Source: Candidatus Latescibacterota bacterium (lineage in GTDB: Bacteria; Latescibacterota; UBA2968; UBA8231). Taken from it: DNA of 64,000 nucleotides. A model generated the notes under the pieces. The model saw only the letters and a program-made list of their open reading frames with translations. It was not told the DNA's origin and searched no databases. The position numbers and the translations under genes are program-made. The DNA lies in contig CBDETK010000013.1 in NCBI GenBank assembly GCA_965242865.1, forward strand, positions 1,504,001-1,568,000, given 5' to 3'. Positions 48,067 to 57,939 of the stretch are shown piece by piece. How positions within the stretch are numbered: position 1 is the first letter of the stretch; each line of letters begins with the position of its first letter.

Positions 48067-48294
48067 CTAGGGGTCGGACTCGTCGCCCTCCGGTCTCCGG
48101 TCCCGAACCAAGATCGCCATGGGAATCAACACGCAGTAGCCGACGACTAGGAGTACTGGCGCCAGGGTGAGGGAGAAGAAGCCCTCGGCCGGCGGGATGC
48201 GCAAAAACACATACCCGAGCAAAATCGCGGCTAAGCCGGCGATGGCCAAGGACCAGTTTTTGCGGGTAAAGGGCAAGTCGCGGCGTGGGGCCAT
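48067..48294 (-). CDS. Small two-TM protein, DUF3098-like
   Basis: F.RKN......G...I.LGY and SLTLAP.LLV.GY..IP.AIL. Starts 2 bp after the rplS stop. Confidence 0.7.
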   Translation of the reverse strand: MAPRRDLPFTRKNWSLAIAGLAAILLGYVFLRIPPAEGFFSLTLAPVLLVVGYCVLIPMAILVRDRRPEGDESDP

Positions 48295-48296
48295 GC

Positions 48297-48650
48297 TCAG
48301 TGCGTCCGCTTGACGGGGATGCGGGCGGCGCGCCCTTTGCGACCGCGCAGGTAAAAGAGGCGGGCGCGGCGCACCCGGCCCTCGCGCGTCCGCTCGATCT
48401 GGGTGACGCGAGGCGAGTGCAGGGGAAAGATGCGCTCGATGGCAATGCCCTGAGATATTTTGCGCACGGTAAAGGTCTCTTGGATGCCGCTGCCTTTGCG
48501 CTGGATGACGGTCCCTTCAAAAATCTGGGTGCGCTCCTTGTCGCCCTCGATCACCCGCACGTGTATCCGCACGGTGTCGCCCGCGCCGAATTCGGGAAGA
48601 TCGGTTTTGAGCTGGTCTGCGGTTAGTTCGCGCAGGATGCTTGCGTCCAT
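48297..48650 (-). CDS. rplS: 50S ribosomal protein L19
   Basis: [39 protein letters not shown]. Confidence 0.95.
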   Translation of the reverse strand: MDASILRELTADQLKTDLPEFGAGDTVRIHVRVIEGDKERTQIFEGTVIQRKGSGIQETFTVRKISQGIAIERIFPLHSPRVTQIERTREGRVRRARLFYLRGRKGRAARIPVKRTH

Positions 48651-48666
48651 TGTATCACCTCGTCTG

Positions 48667-49407
48667 TTACGGGGCCTTTTCCAGCCCTTGCTCCTGCCAA
48701 ATGGCGATGAGTTGTCGTTCGTCGTCGTCGAGTTCGAGCTGTTGCAGCAAGTCGGGCCGGCGCACAAACGTGCGCTGCAGGGCTTGGCGTCGCCGCCAGT
48801 GGGCTATGTGGGCGTGATCGCCCGAAAGCAGCGCCGCGGGGACGCGCTGGCCGCGAAATTCAACCGGCCGAGTGTACCAAGGGCAATCGAGTACGACCTC
48901 TTGGAACGAGTCGTCCAAGGCCGAAGAAAAATTGCCCAAGACGTTGGGGATGAGCCGGACCACCGCGTCGATGAGGACGAGGGCGGCCGGCTCGCCGCCG
49001 GTGAGCACGTAGTCGCCGATTGAGATTTCTCGGTCGATAAGCCCGGTGCGGATCCGCTCATCGACGCCTTTGTAATGCCCGCACAATAGCACCAACCGCT
49101 CCTCGAGCGCCAGCTCGACGGCGAGGGCTTGGTTGAGCGGCTGGCCGTCGGCCGTTAGAAAGATGCAGTGACCGGCCGCTAAACCCCGCTCCTGCCAAAG
49201 CTGGTACACGGGCTCGGGCTTGAGGACCATGCCGCCGCCGCCGCCGTACGGGGCGTCATCCACGGTGCGATGTTTGTCGGTCGCGCAATCGCGCGGATTG
49301 TGGGTCTCAACGGCCAGTAGGCCCCGGGCCACGGCGCGCGCCATCATGCTGGTCGCCAACGGCGAGGCGAAAAAATCTGGAAAGAGCGTTACAATGTCTA
49401 TTTTCAT
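48667..49407 (-). CDS. trmD: tRNA (guanine37-N1)-methyltransferase
   Basis: [39 protein letters not shown]. Confidence 0.95.
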   Translation of the reverse strand: MKIDIVTLFPDFFASPLATSMMARAVARGLLAVETHNPRDCATDKHRTVDDAPYGGGGGMVLKPEPVYQLWQERGLAAGHCIFLTADGQPLNQALAVELALEERLVLLCGHYKGVDERIRTGLIDREISIGDYVLTGGEPAALVLIDAVVRLIPNVLGNFSSALDDSFQEVVLDCPWYTRPVEFRGQRVPAALLSGDHAHIAHWRRRQALQRTFVRRPDLLQQLELDDDERQLIAIWQEQGLEKAP

Positions 49408-49907
49408 GGCTCAAACAGCGCTTCAACGCCCTGCACGACGACCCGACCCGGGGCGATTTCCACGACAAAGTCGCCAACGGCCGGCACCAGGGCTTCGCCT
49501 TTGCCGCCGCGGACCACGTAAGCGTCTGTCGTCGGCATGGATACGACCTCAACGACGCGGCCCAACGATTGCCCCGCCAAATTGACGACCGTGCAATCCA
49601 CTATATCGTCGATGTAGTGCGTGCCTTCCGGCAGGAGATCGCGCTGGTCCGGGGCAATGGTAACATAGCCCCCGACCAAGATGGAACGCGCCGGTTCGGG
49701 GGCGTCAATGCCCGCGAATTTGAGCAACAAGCTCTTGGCATCGGTGCGCCAGCGCTCCAGTTCGAGCGGCCGGTCGGGGCGGTTCGCTCCTTGGAGGACG
49801 ACCTCCCGTAGGTCGCTGAAGCGCTCGACACGGTGTGTCAGCGCCTCGGCCCGGACTTCGCCGCGCACTCCCCACGCACGGGAGATATAGGCTACGGCGA
49901 CGCGCAT
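49404..49907 (-). CDS. rimM: 16S rRNA processing protein RimM
   Basis: AWGVRGEV, LLKF.GID, LPEG..Y, LVP.V. Lies between rpsP and trmD. Confidence 0.88.
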   Translation of the reverse strand: MRVAVAYISRAWGVRGEVRAEALTHRVERFSDLREVVLQGANRPDRPLELERWRTDAKSLLLKFAGIDAPEPARSILVGGYVTIAPDQRDLLPEGTHYIDDIVDCTVVNLAGQSLGRVVEVVSMPTTDAYVVRGGKGEALVPAVGDFVVEIAPGRVVVQGVEALFEP

Positions 49908-49918
49908 GCGGTGGTGCC

Positions 49919-50269
49919 CTAGGCCTCTTGCTCGGCGGGTTCGCTGGGTGCCGTGGCTGCTTGCTTGCGTCGGCGCTTGGGTTTGTCGCGGGTGAGGGCG
50001 TCGTCGCGCACCCGGGCCTCCCCGCCCTTCCAGCGGGCCAAGATCCCTTGGCTGTGGAAGAGGTCGGCGACGGTCTCGGTCATCTGCGCGCCTTTGTTGA
50101 GCCACTCTATGGCGCGCTCTTCGTCGATTGTGACCTTCGCATTCATGGGGTCGTACAGGCCCACCTTTGCGAGGGCGCGGCCATTGCGGGCGACGCTGAC
50201 GTGGGCCGCGACGATCCGGTAGTAGGGCTGTTTGCGTTTGCCGATTCTTTTGAGGCGAAGTTTGACCAA
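49919..50269 (-). CDS. rpsP: 30S ribosomal protein S16
   Basis: VKLRLKRIGKRKQPYYRIV, G.YDP, WL.KGAQ.T.TV. TTG start at 50269. Confidence 0.93.
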   Translation of the reverse strand: MVKLRLKRIGKRKQPYYRIVAAHVSVARNGRALAKVGLYDPMNAKVTIDEERAIEWLNKGAQMTETVADLFHSQGILARWKGGEARVRDDALTRDKPKRRRKQAATAPSEPAEQEA

Positions 50270-50288
50270 TGCTATTCTCCTTGGATGC

Positions 50289-51617
50289 CTAGCCCACAAG
50301 GGGCATTCTCATTTTTGCGCGGCCGCCTTTGGTGCGGCCCATCTGTCGGATCACTTTCTGCATCATCTGAAATTGCTTGACTAGCTGATTCACGTCTTGG
50401 ACCGTCGTGCCGCTGCCGCGGGCGATGCGCTTGCGGCGGCTGCCGTTGAGAATTTTGGGTTGGACGCGCTCTTGGCGGGTCATGGAGTTGATGATGGCCT
50501 CGACTTGGGCGAACGCGCTTTCGTCGAGCTGCATGCCCTTGGCGGCCTTGCCGACTCCGGGAATCATGCCCATGAGCTGGTCGAGAGGCCCCATGCGGCG
50601 GACGGCGTGGAGCTGGGTGAGAAAATCCTCAAACGTAAAAGAGGCCCGGCGGAGCTTTTCTTCTAGCTGCTTGGCCTTGTCGCGCTCCATGGACTGCTCG
50701 GCTCTTTCCACGAGCGAGACAATGTCGCCCATGCCGAGGATGCGCGAGGCCATGCGGTCCGGGTGAAACGACTCTAAGTCTTCGATCTTCTCGCCGATGC
50801 CGACGAACTTGATCGGCTGGCCGGTGACGGCGCGGATGGACAGCGCGGCGCCCCCGCGAGCGTCGCTGTCGAGCTTGGTCAGGACGCAGCCGGTAACCGC
50901 GAGGCGCTGATTGAAGCGGGCGGCGGTTTCTACGGCGTCTTGGCCCTGCATGCTGTCGGCGACAAAGAGGATCTCGTGCGGCTCGACGGCCTGCTGGATG
51001 CGGGCTAGTTCGTCCATCATGGTCTCGTCGATGCTCAGGCGGCCGGCCGTGTCTATGAGCGCGATGCTGCGGTGGGTCTGGCGAGCTTGGTCGATGCCGC
51101 GGCGGCAGATGGCGACCGGATCGGTGCCCGCGGGCTGGCTAAAGACGGGCACGTCAATGGAAGCCCCCAGCGATTGAAGCTGGGCGACAGCGGCTGGGCG
51201 ATACACGTCGGCCGCGATCAACAGCGGGGGCCGGCCTCTTTCCTTGAACTGGCGAGCTAGCTTGGCGGCCATGGTCGTCTTGCCGCAGCCCTGCAGGCCG
51301 ACGAGCATGACGACGGTGGGCGGATGGGCGGCGAGGTTGGGCGGGCTGTGGCTGCCGCCGAGCAGGGCGATGAGCTCGCGGTGGACGATTTTGACGAGCT
51401 GCTGGCCCGGGGTCAGGCTCTTGAGGACGTTTTGGCCGAGGGCCTGCTCTTTGACCCGCTGAATAAAGTCCTTGGCGACCTTGAAGTTGACATCGGCTTC
51501 GAGCAGGGAGCGGCGAATCTGGCGCAGCGTATCGTCGATGTTGCGCTCGGTGATGCGCCCCTGCCCGCGAAGCGAGCGGAAGAGGTCGTCAAAGCGTTCG
51601 CTGAGTCGGTCAAACAT
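50289..51617 (-). CDS. ffh: Signal recognition particle protein
   Basis: LLEADV, GLQGCGKTT, DTAGR, TKLD.DARGGAALS, RILGMGD, SRRKRIARGSG. Confidence 0.96.
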   Translation of the reverse strand: MFDRLSERFDDLFRSLRGQGRITERNIDDTLRQIRRSLLEADVNFKVAKDFIQRVKEQALGQNVLKSLTPGQQLVKIVHRELIALLGGSHSPPNLAAHPPTVVMLVGLQGCGKTTMAAKLARQFKERGRPPLLIAADVYRPAAVAQLQSLGASIDVPVFSQPAGTDPVAICRRGIDQARQTHRSIALIDTAGRLSIDETMMDELARIQQAVEPHEILFVADSMQGQDAVETAARFNQRLAVTGCVLTKLDSDARGGAALSIRAVTGQPIKFVGIGEKIEDLESFHPDRMASRILGMGDIVSLVERAEQSMERDKAKQLEEKLRRASFTFEDFLTQLHAVRRMGPLDQLMGMIPGVGKAAKGMQLDESAFAQVEAIINSMTRQERVQPKILNGSRRKRIARGSGTTVQDVNQLVKQFQMMQKVIRQMGRTKGGRAKMRMPLVG

Positions 51618-51697
51618 GGGCCGATGCGTCGAGTGGTAGAATGCGACAAAAAGGTTGGAATATAGGCCAATATTATAGATATAGCAACAGAAGTGGG

Positions 51698-52348
51698 TCA
51701 GCCGCGCAGGGCGGCGATAATGCGGGCTGGATCGCGAGCACTGAAGATGGCTGAACCAGACACTAGGCACCGGGCGCCGGCCCGGCGGCAGGCGGCCGCA
51801 TTGCCGGGATGCACCCCTCCGTCAATGCCGACGGGCAGGTCTAGTCCACGGTGCTCGATTTCCGCGCACAGAGCGCGGATTTTGTCGAGGGCGGCCGGCT
51901 GAAAGGGCTGGCCGCCAAACCCCGGCTCCACCGACATGACCAAGACCGAGTCGAGCGCGTCGAGATAGGGGTAGCAGGCGACGACCGGCGTACTCGGATT
52001 GACCGCGAGCCCGCACTGGAGCCCGTGCTGGCGAATGGCGTCGAGTACGGCCGGGAGGTTGTGCTCGATTTCCACGTGGACCACGAGCGAGTCCGCGCCG
52101 GCCTCTTTGAAGGGGCCGATAAAGGGCCAAGGATTTTGCAGCATCAGGTGCGTGTTGAGTGCTAGGCGGGTCGTTTGGCGCACGGCCGCGACGACCGGCA
52201 GCCCAAAACTGATGTTGGGGACGAAGTGCCCATCCATTACGTCGAGATGGAGAAAGTCGGCTCCTCCGCGCTCCACGCGACCGATGTCCTCGGCTAGGCG
52301 GGCAAAGTCGGCGGCCAACAGGGAAGGACCGATGCGCGTGGCGTTCAC
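51698..52348 (-). CDS. rpe: Ribulose-phosphate 3-epimerase
   Basis: PSLLAADF, HLDVMDGHFVPN, MSVEPGFGGQ, DGG. GTG start overlaps the PASTA gene stop. Confidence 0.93.
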   Translation of the reverse strand: MNATRIGPSLLAADFARLAEDIGRVERGGADFLHLDVMDGHFVPNISFGLPVVAAVRQTTRLALNTHLMLQNPWPFIGPFKEAGADSLVVHVEIEHNLPAVLDAIRQHGLQCGLAVNPSTPVVACYPYLDALDSVLVMSVEPGFGGQPFQPAALDKIRALCAEIEHRGLDLPVGIDGGVHPGNAAACRRAGARCLVSGSAIFSARDPARIIAALRG

Positions 52349-53118
52349 GGCTCCTCCCAGTGGTCGAAGGCGTCCGGTGCTGGCCGCGGCGGCGCGCTGC
52401 TGACGACGAGGTCGATGCGGCCGTGGCGCGGGATGCGCTGCCCGCTCGTCGGCACCTGCTCGAGGATCGTGCCGACGCGCTTTTGTTCGTCGATGTGTTT
52501 GGCAATGTGGCCGATGCGCATTTCGTATTTGCGCAAGGTGTCCGCCACGACTTTGAAGGGCAGGCCGATTAGATTTGGAACGCGCTTGAGGGCTGTGGGG
52601 GGGCCGTTGCTGACTTGGAGGTCCACCGCGCTGCCCGGGGCGAGCCGAGCACCCGGGGCAGGCGACTGCTCGACGACAGCCCCCTCGGGCAGGGTCTCTG
52701 AGGAGCGATAGAGGATTTGGCCGCTCTTTAGCTGGTTGCCCTCTAGTTGCAACCGCGCCTCGCGGAGGCTGACGCGGCGCACGTCGGGCACTTGGGAGTA
52801 GCGCGGCCCCTTGCTCACGGTCAAGACGATGCGCCGCCCCTTTTTGACCCATTGTCCCACGCTTGGATCGTGCCCGACGACCGCGTCGGCCGAGATGGTC
52901 TCGTGGTGCAGCGTATCGCCGATGGTCATCTTCAGCCCTGCTTGGTCGAGGCGAGCGGATGCCTCGGGCGCGAAAAGCCCTTGCAGGTCGGGCACTTGGA
53001 CGCTGGGCGTATCCACTGCGTACGGCATGACGACCGCGTCGAGCAGCACGATGGCGATGAGGCCGGCGAGGAGCGCGCCGGCCGCGGCTAGGCCCAGTTG
53101 GCGGAGGATGTTTTTCAC
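52345..53118 (-). CDS. PASTA-domain membrane protein (three PASTA repeats)
   Basis: N-terminal TM and three VP(D/N)(L/V)...P..G...VS repeats. Confidence 0.88.
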   Translation of the reverse strand: MKNILRQLGLAAAGALLAGLIAIVLLDAVVMPYAVDTPSVQVPDLQGLFAPEASARLDQAGLKMTIGDTLHHETISADAVVGHDPSVGQWVKKGRRIVLTVSKGPRYSQVPDVRRVSLREARLQLEGNQLKSGQILYRSSETLPEGAVVEQSPAPGARLAPGSAVDLQVSNGPPTALKRVPNLIGLPFKVVADTLRKYEMRIGHIAKHIDEQKRVGTILEQVPTSGQRIPRHGRIDLVVSSAPPRPAPDAFDHWEEP

Positions 53119-54431
53119 GCTGCGCCCTTGCGGATGCGTGCGGCAAAACTGCCATCGCCGGCGTGTTGGCCCGGGATGGTCAGTACGTAGCGGCCGGCAT
53201 AAGGCTGGGCCGGAAAGTGGGCATCGGCGCGTTCCAGCCGAGCGGTCGGGGTCTGTTGTAAGAACCGCTCGACAATGGCCTCGTTTTCCTCCTCCTCCAA
53301 GCTGCAGGTGCTATACACCAAGACCCCGCCGGGCCGCAGGTGTTCGTACGCGCGTTGGATGAGCACCTGTTGGCGGGCAGTCAAGGCGGCAAATTCGGCC
53401 GGCTTGCGACGCCAGCGGGTATCGGGTCGCCGCCCGAGGACGCCGGTGGCACTGCACGGCACATCCGCGAGGACGCGGTCGAAGACGCCGCACCCGGGGG
53501 TCGTGCCGTCGCGGGCTATTGGGCGGATGGCGCGCAGGCGCAGGCGGCGGGCGTTTTCGCGCACTCGCTTCAGGCGCGGCAGGGAAATGTCGGTGGCTAC
53601 GACCCAGCCGCGGTCCGCCATGGCGATGGCGGCTTGCACGGCCTTGCCGCCGGGCGCGCTGCACAGATCGAGTAGGCGTTCGCCCGGCTGCGGGTCGAGC
53701 AAGGCCACGGCCAAGCCGGCGTTGGGGTCTTGCACCTGAAACCGTCCCTGCTGGTACGCTTGGGAGGCAAAGAGCGCCGCGCCATGGGTCGCTCGATAAA
53801 AGCCCGGCCGCGACCCGACCGGGACTAAGTCGAGTTCGGCGGTTAGCGCGCGACTGGGGCGCAGCCGATTGAGGTAGATGTTGAGTTCGGCGGGCTGGTT
53901 GTTGGCCGCGAGGACGCGCTCGGCGATTGTGCGGCCCCAGCGGCCGACCCAGCGTTCGACCAACCACTCGGGATGGGAGTGATATACCGCGAGATAGCGC
54001 GTCGGGGTCTGGCGCGGGTCCGGGTAGCGAATGGGGGCGCGTTGCCGCAGCAAGTTGCGGAGGACGGCGTTGACCAGTGAGGCGATGCCTGAGTGCGTCA
54101 AGTGCTTGGCTAGCTCGACCGAGGTGTGGACCGCCGCAGACTGGGGTACGCGGTCGAGCCAGAAGAGCTGATAGGTGCCGAGGCGCAAAATGTGCCGGGC
54201 CCAAGGCGAGAGTTGGGCCACCGGGCGCGTGCAGCCGGTGGCGATGATCCAATCGAGCCGCTTCTGCCAGCGCACCACGCCGAGGACGAGCTGCCGGGCA
54301 AAGCGCACATCGCGGTGGGTCGGCAAGCGCGCGTCGAGGGCTTGGAGCAGTTCGTCAAAGGGCTGGGCTTGCCGCTCTAGGTCGCGGAGCAGGCGCGCGG
54401 CCGCGAGGCGGGTGGAGTCGGGAGGGCGCAC
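53115..54431 (-). CDS. rsmB: 16S rRNA m5C967 methyltransferase RsmB
   Basis: NusB-like N-terminus, SHPEW, VQD, DLCSAPGGK, DVPCS, YSTCS..EEN. Confidence 0.93.
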   Translation of the reverse strand: MRPPDSTRLAAARLLRDLERQAQPFDELLQALDARLPTHRDVRFARQLVLGVVRWQKRLDWIIATGCTRPVAQLSPWARHILRLGTYQLFWLDRVPQSAAVHTSVELAKHLTHSGIASLVNAVLRNLLRQRAPIRYPDPRQTPTRYLAVYHSHPEWLVERWVGRWGRTIAERVLAANNQPAELNIYLNRLRPSRALTAELDLVPVGSRPGFYRATHGAALFASQAYQQGRFQVQDPNAGLAVALLDPQPGERLLDLCSAPGGKAVQAAIAMADRGWVVATDISLPRLKRVRENARRLRLRAIRPIARDGTTPGCGVFDRVLADVPCSATGVLGRRPDTRWRRKPAEFAALTARQQVLIQRAYEHLRPGGVLVYSTCSLEEEENEAIVERFLQQTPTARLERADAHFPAQPYAGRYVLTIPGQHAGDGSFAARIRKGAA

Positions 54432-54440
54432 GGCTTAGGC

Positions 54441-55664
54441 TTAGCGCAAGAGGAGCATGGCGCGGTGGAGCTCGGCCGACGCCGTCCGCAGGCGGTAGAT
54501 GTAAAGGCCGCTGGCGGCCGGAGTGCCGGTGGCCAATCGGCTATCCCAGTGGGCCACATGCCGCCCCGGGGACGCATTCGCCGCAAAGGGCGTAGCGACC
54601 TTTTGACCCAAGAGATTGAAGATGTCGATTTGGGCAAAGTGCGGCCCGCCCTCGGGGAGGGCAAAGGGGATAGCGGTGCCGGCATTAAAGGGATTGGGGT
54701 AGTTCGGCGCGAGGAAGAGCTCGCGCGGCCGAGCGAAGCCAGACGGCTCTGAGATGGACGTGGCAATCCCCCATTCCACTTGGCCTTCAGCACACGAGCC
54801 TTCGGCACAGGCGTTAAAAACGAGCGCGGTCTCCTCTTCGGCGTCGAAGAGTAAGTACGTCAGGCCGCGTTCGTCGCTGGTGGTCGTCACCTGCTGGGTC
54901 GCGCCGGCCGGGATGCGGATGGCTTCGCCGTTGACGAATGCGTAGGCCGGGCCGGGGCCGGTGTTGGTAAGGTCCCAGGTAAAAGCCGCGCCCGTGCGGA
55001 AAGACCCGGCCTGTAATAGGCGCGCGGATACGAGGATTTCGCCGGCGCTGCCATCGGCTAGGCCGCCGGTGCCGGTGGCCGAAAAGGAGGGGGTTGGCTC
55101 GGCCCAGCGGAAGAAGATTCCCTCTGGCAAAGCCTGCCCCTCGGCGTCGCAGTAATTGCGTAAGAACGCGACTTGCGGCCGGATGTTGTCGCGCTCGGTA
55201 AAAGAAGGCCCGAGCGACACCATGTCGAGGTAGATGTCTATGGGCGTGGTCGGGCTGATGGAGTCGGCCACGGTAAACGCCAGATCCGCGAGATGGCCTT
55301 CGCCCGCGATTCCTGCGCCTCCGAGGATCGCGATGCCCCATTGGGCGGTCTGGCCTTGGATTTGCGGAGGGCCTGGGGCGACAAAGGAATTAGCTTTAGC
55401 GGTCTGGCCCAGTGCAGCCGCGACGGCCGCGACGGCGTGGGCCGGCTCCCAGCTAAATTCGAATTTGACTTGGCGCACTTGGCTCATGTTGCGCGCCGAG
55501 ATGCTGAACTCCACGGTGCTGTTCGCTGCCAACCCGCAGAAGGGGCCTTCTTGGCCGACGAAAATTTCGACGTCTGCATTGGGACCGGCCGCCGCAAGAC
55601 GAGGCAACGCGGCGATCCCGAGGAGGGCGATATAGCAGAGGAACATGTGTTTTGCTCGAGTCAT
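54441..55664 (-). CDS. Secreted protein with cohesin-like N-terminus and FlgD-Ig/T9SS-like C-terminal domain
   Basis: Signal peptide. TSI...NYPNPFN..T.IPF.L...IFNLLGQ.V.T...WD.....ASG.YIYRL. Confidence 0.75.
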   Translation of the reverse strand: MTRAKHMFLCYIALLGIAALPRLAAAGPNADVEIFVGQEGPFCGLAANSTVEFSISARNMSQVRQVKFEFSWEPAHAVAAVAAALGQTAKANSFVAPGPPQIQGQTAQWGIAILGGAGIAGEGHLADLAFTVADSISPTTPIDIYLDMVSLGPSFTERDNIRPQVAFLRNYCDAEGQALPEGIFFRWAEPTPSFSATGTGGLADGSAGEILVSARLLQAGSFRTGAAFTWDLTNTGPGPAYAFVNGEAIRIPAGATQQVTTTSDERGLTYLLFDAEEETALVFNACAEGSCAEGQVEWGIATSISEPSGFARPRELFLAPNYPNPFNAGTAIPFALPEGGPHFAQIDIFNLLGQKVATPFAANASPGRHVAHWDSRLATGTPAASGLYIYRLRTASAELHRAMLLLR

Positions 55665-55727
55665 AGTTGAAAAACAAGGTACGCGACACCCGCCCCAGCG
55701 CGGCTTTACGCGGCCGAAGCGAGTCGA

Positions 55728-55961
55728 TTACGGCAAGCGCGACAAGATCAGCGTCCCCAGTGCCAGCAAGGTGGCGATTTGCATTCCAACCAACCAGCGC
55801 GTGAGCGCGGCGATTTCTTTCCGCACTTCACTGATGGACCGCTCAATGCTATCCAAGCGGGTGTTGGTCTGGCGATCTTGCTCAACGGATTGCTCGGCAA
55901 TGCCTTCTAGCCGCCCAATCCGGCGGTCGTGGTCTTGTGCTTGCGTTAGCGGTTCGTTCAT
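55728..55961 (-). CDS. Small coiled-coil protein with C-terminal TM (DUF1640/XhlA-like)
   Basis: RIGRLEG...RLDSIE...RW.VG followed by a hydrophobic tail. GAAAGG RBS. Confidence 0.65.
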   Translation of the reverse strand: MNEPLTQAQDHDRRIGRLEGIAEQSVEQDRQTNTRLDSIERSISEVRKEIAALTRWLVGMQIATLLALGTLILSRLP

Positions 55962-56254
55962 GGGGCTTTCCTTTCGGTTGGGGTCCTCGGACTTCGTGGC
56001 GACCGGCATGAACCCGCGCTGGCCCTTGTACCCGCAAGGAATTTACCCAGCCGTACAGCAGTCCAATCAATTTCGTACCCGCGTTCATTCGCGTCAAACG
56101 CGGCGGCAAACTGCCGCAATGTTTTTTGTCAGCAGCTAAACCAGCGGGCGCTTAGCACCGCTTGCGCGGCTGGGGCGGCGCGTCTATCTTGACGCCCTCG
56201 CTACGCAGTTGCTCGTAGCGAGCGGATTGAAATTGAAACCACCGGATACATTAT

Positions 56255-57934
56255 ATGCGCCGTTACCCCGTCTGGAATGTCCTCTGCGACGACCCGTACG
56301 ATAGCTTAATTGACGCGCTGCTCGCCGGGCGCGGCCTGACCCGCGCCGAGCTGCAAGTCGGCCCCGAAGCCCTGCACCCGCCCGAGCAAATGCAGGATAT
56401 GGCAACGGCGGTTGCGCGGCTGGAACGGGCCGTGTGCGCTCGCGAAAAAATCGTCGTGTACGGCGACTACGACGTCGACGGGGTTTGCAGCACGGCCGTG
56501 CTGATGGACTTTCTCGAGCGCGTGGGGGCTGACTGCGACTGGCTCTTGCCCGACCGCCACAAGGACGGATACGGTCTCAAGCCGCCCGGGGTCGAGCGCG
56601 CCCTAGCAAAGGGAGCCCGCGTCATCGTCACGGTTGACAATGGCATTTCGGCCTACGACGCCTTGGAATTGGCCGCGGCGCGGGGCGTGGAGGTCGTCGT
56701 CGTGGATCACCACCAGCAGCTCGCCGAACTGCCGCGCGCCCTTGCCATCGTCAATCCCAACCGCCGCGATTGCGCCTATCCCTTCAAGAGCTTGGCGGGC
56801 GTCGGCGTCACCTTCAAGCTGGTGCAGGCCCTCAGCGAAGCCTTTCTCGCTGGCGAGGAACGCCGCTGCTATCTCAACGGATTGCTCGACTTCGTGGCCT
56901 TGGGGACGGTGGCCGATCTCGTGCCCGTGTTGGGAGAAAATCGCCTGTTTATTCGGCGCGGCCTGCAGATCCTCCAGCGCACCAAACGCCTCGGGCTGGG
57001 GGCACTCAAGCAGGTGGCCAAGGTCCAAAATCAGCCGCTTGATGCGGCCTGTTTGGCGTTCCGGCTGGGGCCGCGGATCAATGTGGCCGGCCGCTTAAAA
57101 ACGCCCGATCTAGCGCTGCGGCTGTTGCGCTCCCAAAGCGAGGGGGAGGCCGCGCAGGTAGCCGACGAGCTCAACCGGCTCAACTCCCAGCGGCAGGCTT
57201 GGCAGCGCGAGGGCATCCGGGAGGTCGAGGAACAGGTCGGCCCGGAGGAGGATGTGGAAGACCGCATCATCGTGGTGCTGGGGGAGTGGAATATGGGAAT
57301 CATCGGCCTGTTGGCCAGCAAGTTGTGCGAGCAATACGCCCGCCCCGCCGTCGTGTGTACCCAAGGCACCGACCATGGGCTGTGCGTGGGCTCGGCCCGC
57401 AGCATCCCGGGCTACGACATCAGCGCGGGAATCCACGCCTGCGAAGAACACTTGGAGACCCACGGCGGCCATCCAGCGGCCGCGGGTTTTTCGCTCGCGG
57501 TCGATGCCTTTGAGCGCTTTCGCCTCGCGCTGATCAACCACGCCAACGCCCGCATCAGTGCCGAGGACCTGCAACCGGCCTTGGACATCGATCTGATGCT
57601 CAAGCCGGCGGACCTGACGCTCGACACGGTGAAGCAACTCGACGAGCTAGAGCCTTTTGGCAACGGACACCGGCGTCCGGTTTTTGCCCTAGCGGATTGC
57701 CGAGTCGTTGGGTCGCGGCAAATCGGCGCCGACGGCCGCCACTTTAAGGCCGAATTGGAGGCGGGCAGCCGCCGCTGTACTGCGCTGTGGTGGAACCAAA
57801 AAGACCTCGCGGCCCAAGTGCGGCCGGGCACCCGGCTGAACGCGGCTTTTGAGCTGGAGGCCGACCGCTACACCGGCAACGGCGCCGTGCAGATGGTCCT
57901 CAAGGACCTGCACCTGTCAGAGCCGACCGCCTAG
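56255..57934 (+). CDS. recJ: Single-stranded DNA exonuclease RecJ
   Basis: YGDYDVDG, TVDNG, DHH, GTVAD.VP, PRIN.AGR, GSARS, GGH..AAG, LEPFG.G. Confidence 0.95.
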   Translation: MRRYPVWNVLCDDPYDSLIDALLAGRGLTRAELQVGPEALHPPEQMQDMATAVARLERAVCAREKIVVYGDYDVDGVCSTAVLMDFLERVGADCDWLLPDRHKDGYGLKPPGVERALAKGARVIVTVDNGISAYDALELAAARGVEVVVVDHHQQLAELPRALAIVNPNRRDCAYPFKSLAGVGVTFKLVQALSEAFLAGEERRCYLNGLLDFVALGTVADLVPVLGENRLFIRRGLQILQRTKRLGLGALKQVAKVQNQPLDAACLAFRLGPRINVAGRLKTPDLALRLLRSQSEGEAAQVADELNRLNSQRQAWQREGIREVEEQVGPEEDVEDRIIVVLGEWNMGIIGLLASKLCEQYARPAVVCTQGTDHGLCVGSARSIPGYDISAGIHACEEHLETHGGHPAAAGFSLAVDAFERFRLALINHANARISAEDLQPALDIDLMLKPADLTLDTVKQLDELEPFGNGHRRPVFALADCRVVGSRQIGADGRHFKAELEAGSRRCTALWWNQKDLAAQVRPGTRLNAAFELEADRYTGNGAVQMVLKDLHLSEPTA

Positions 57935-57939
57935 GCTTC

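Noticed and set aside
51698-53155. 485-aa ORF as an extended Rpe fusion
   Set aside because: The N-terminal 269 codons overlap the PASTA gene in another frame. Rpe starts at GTG 52348 with its own RBS.
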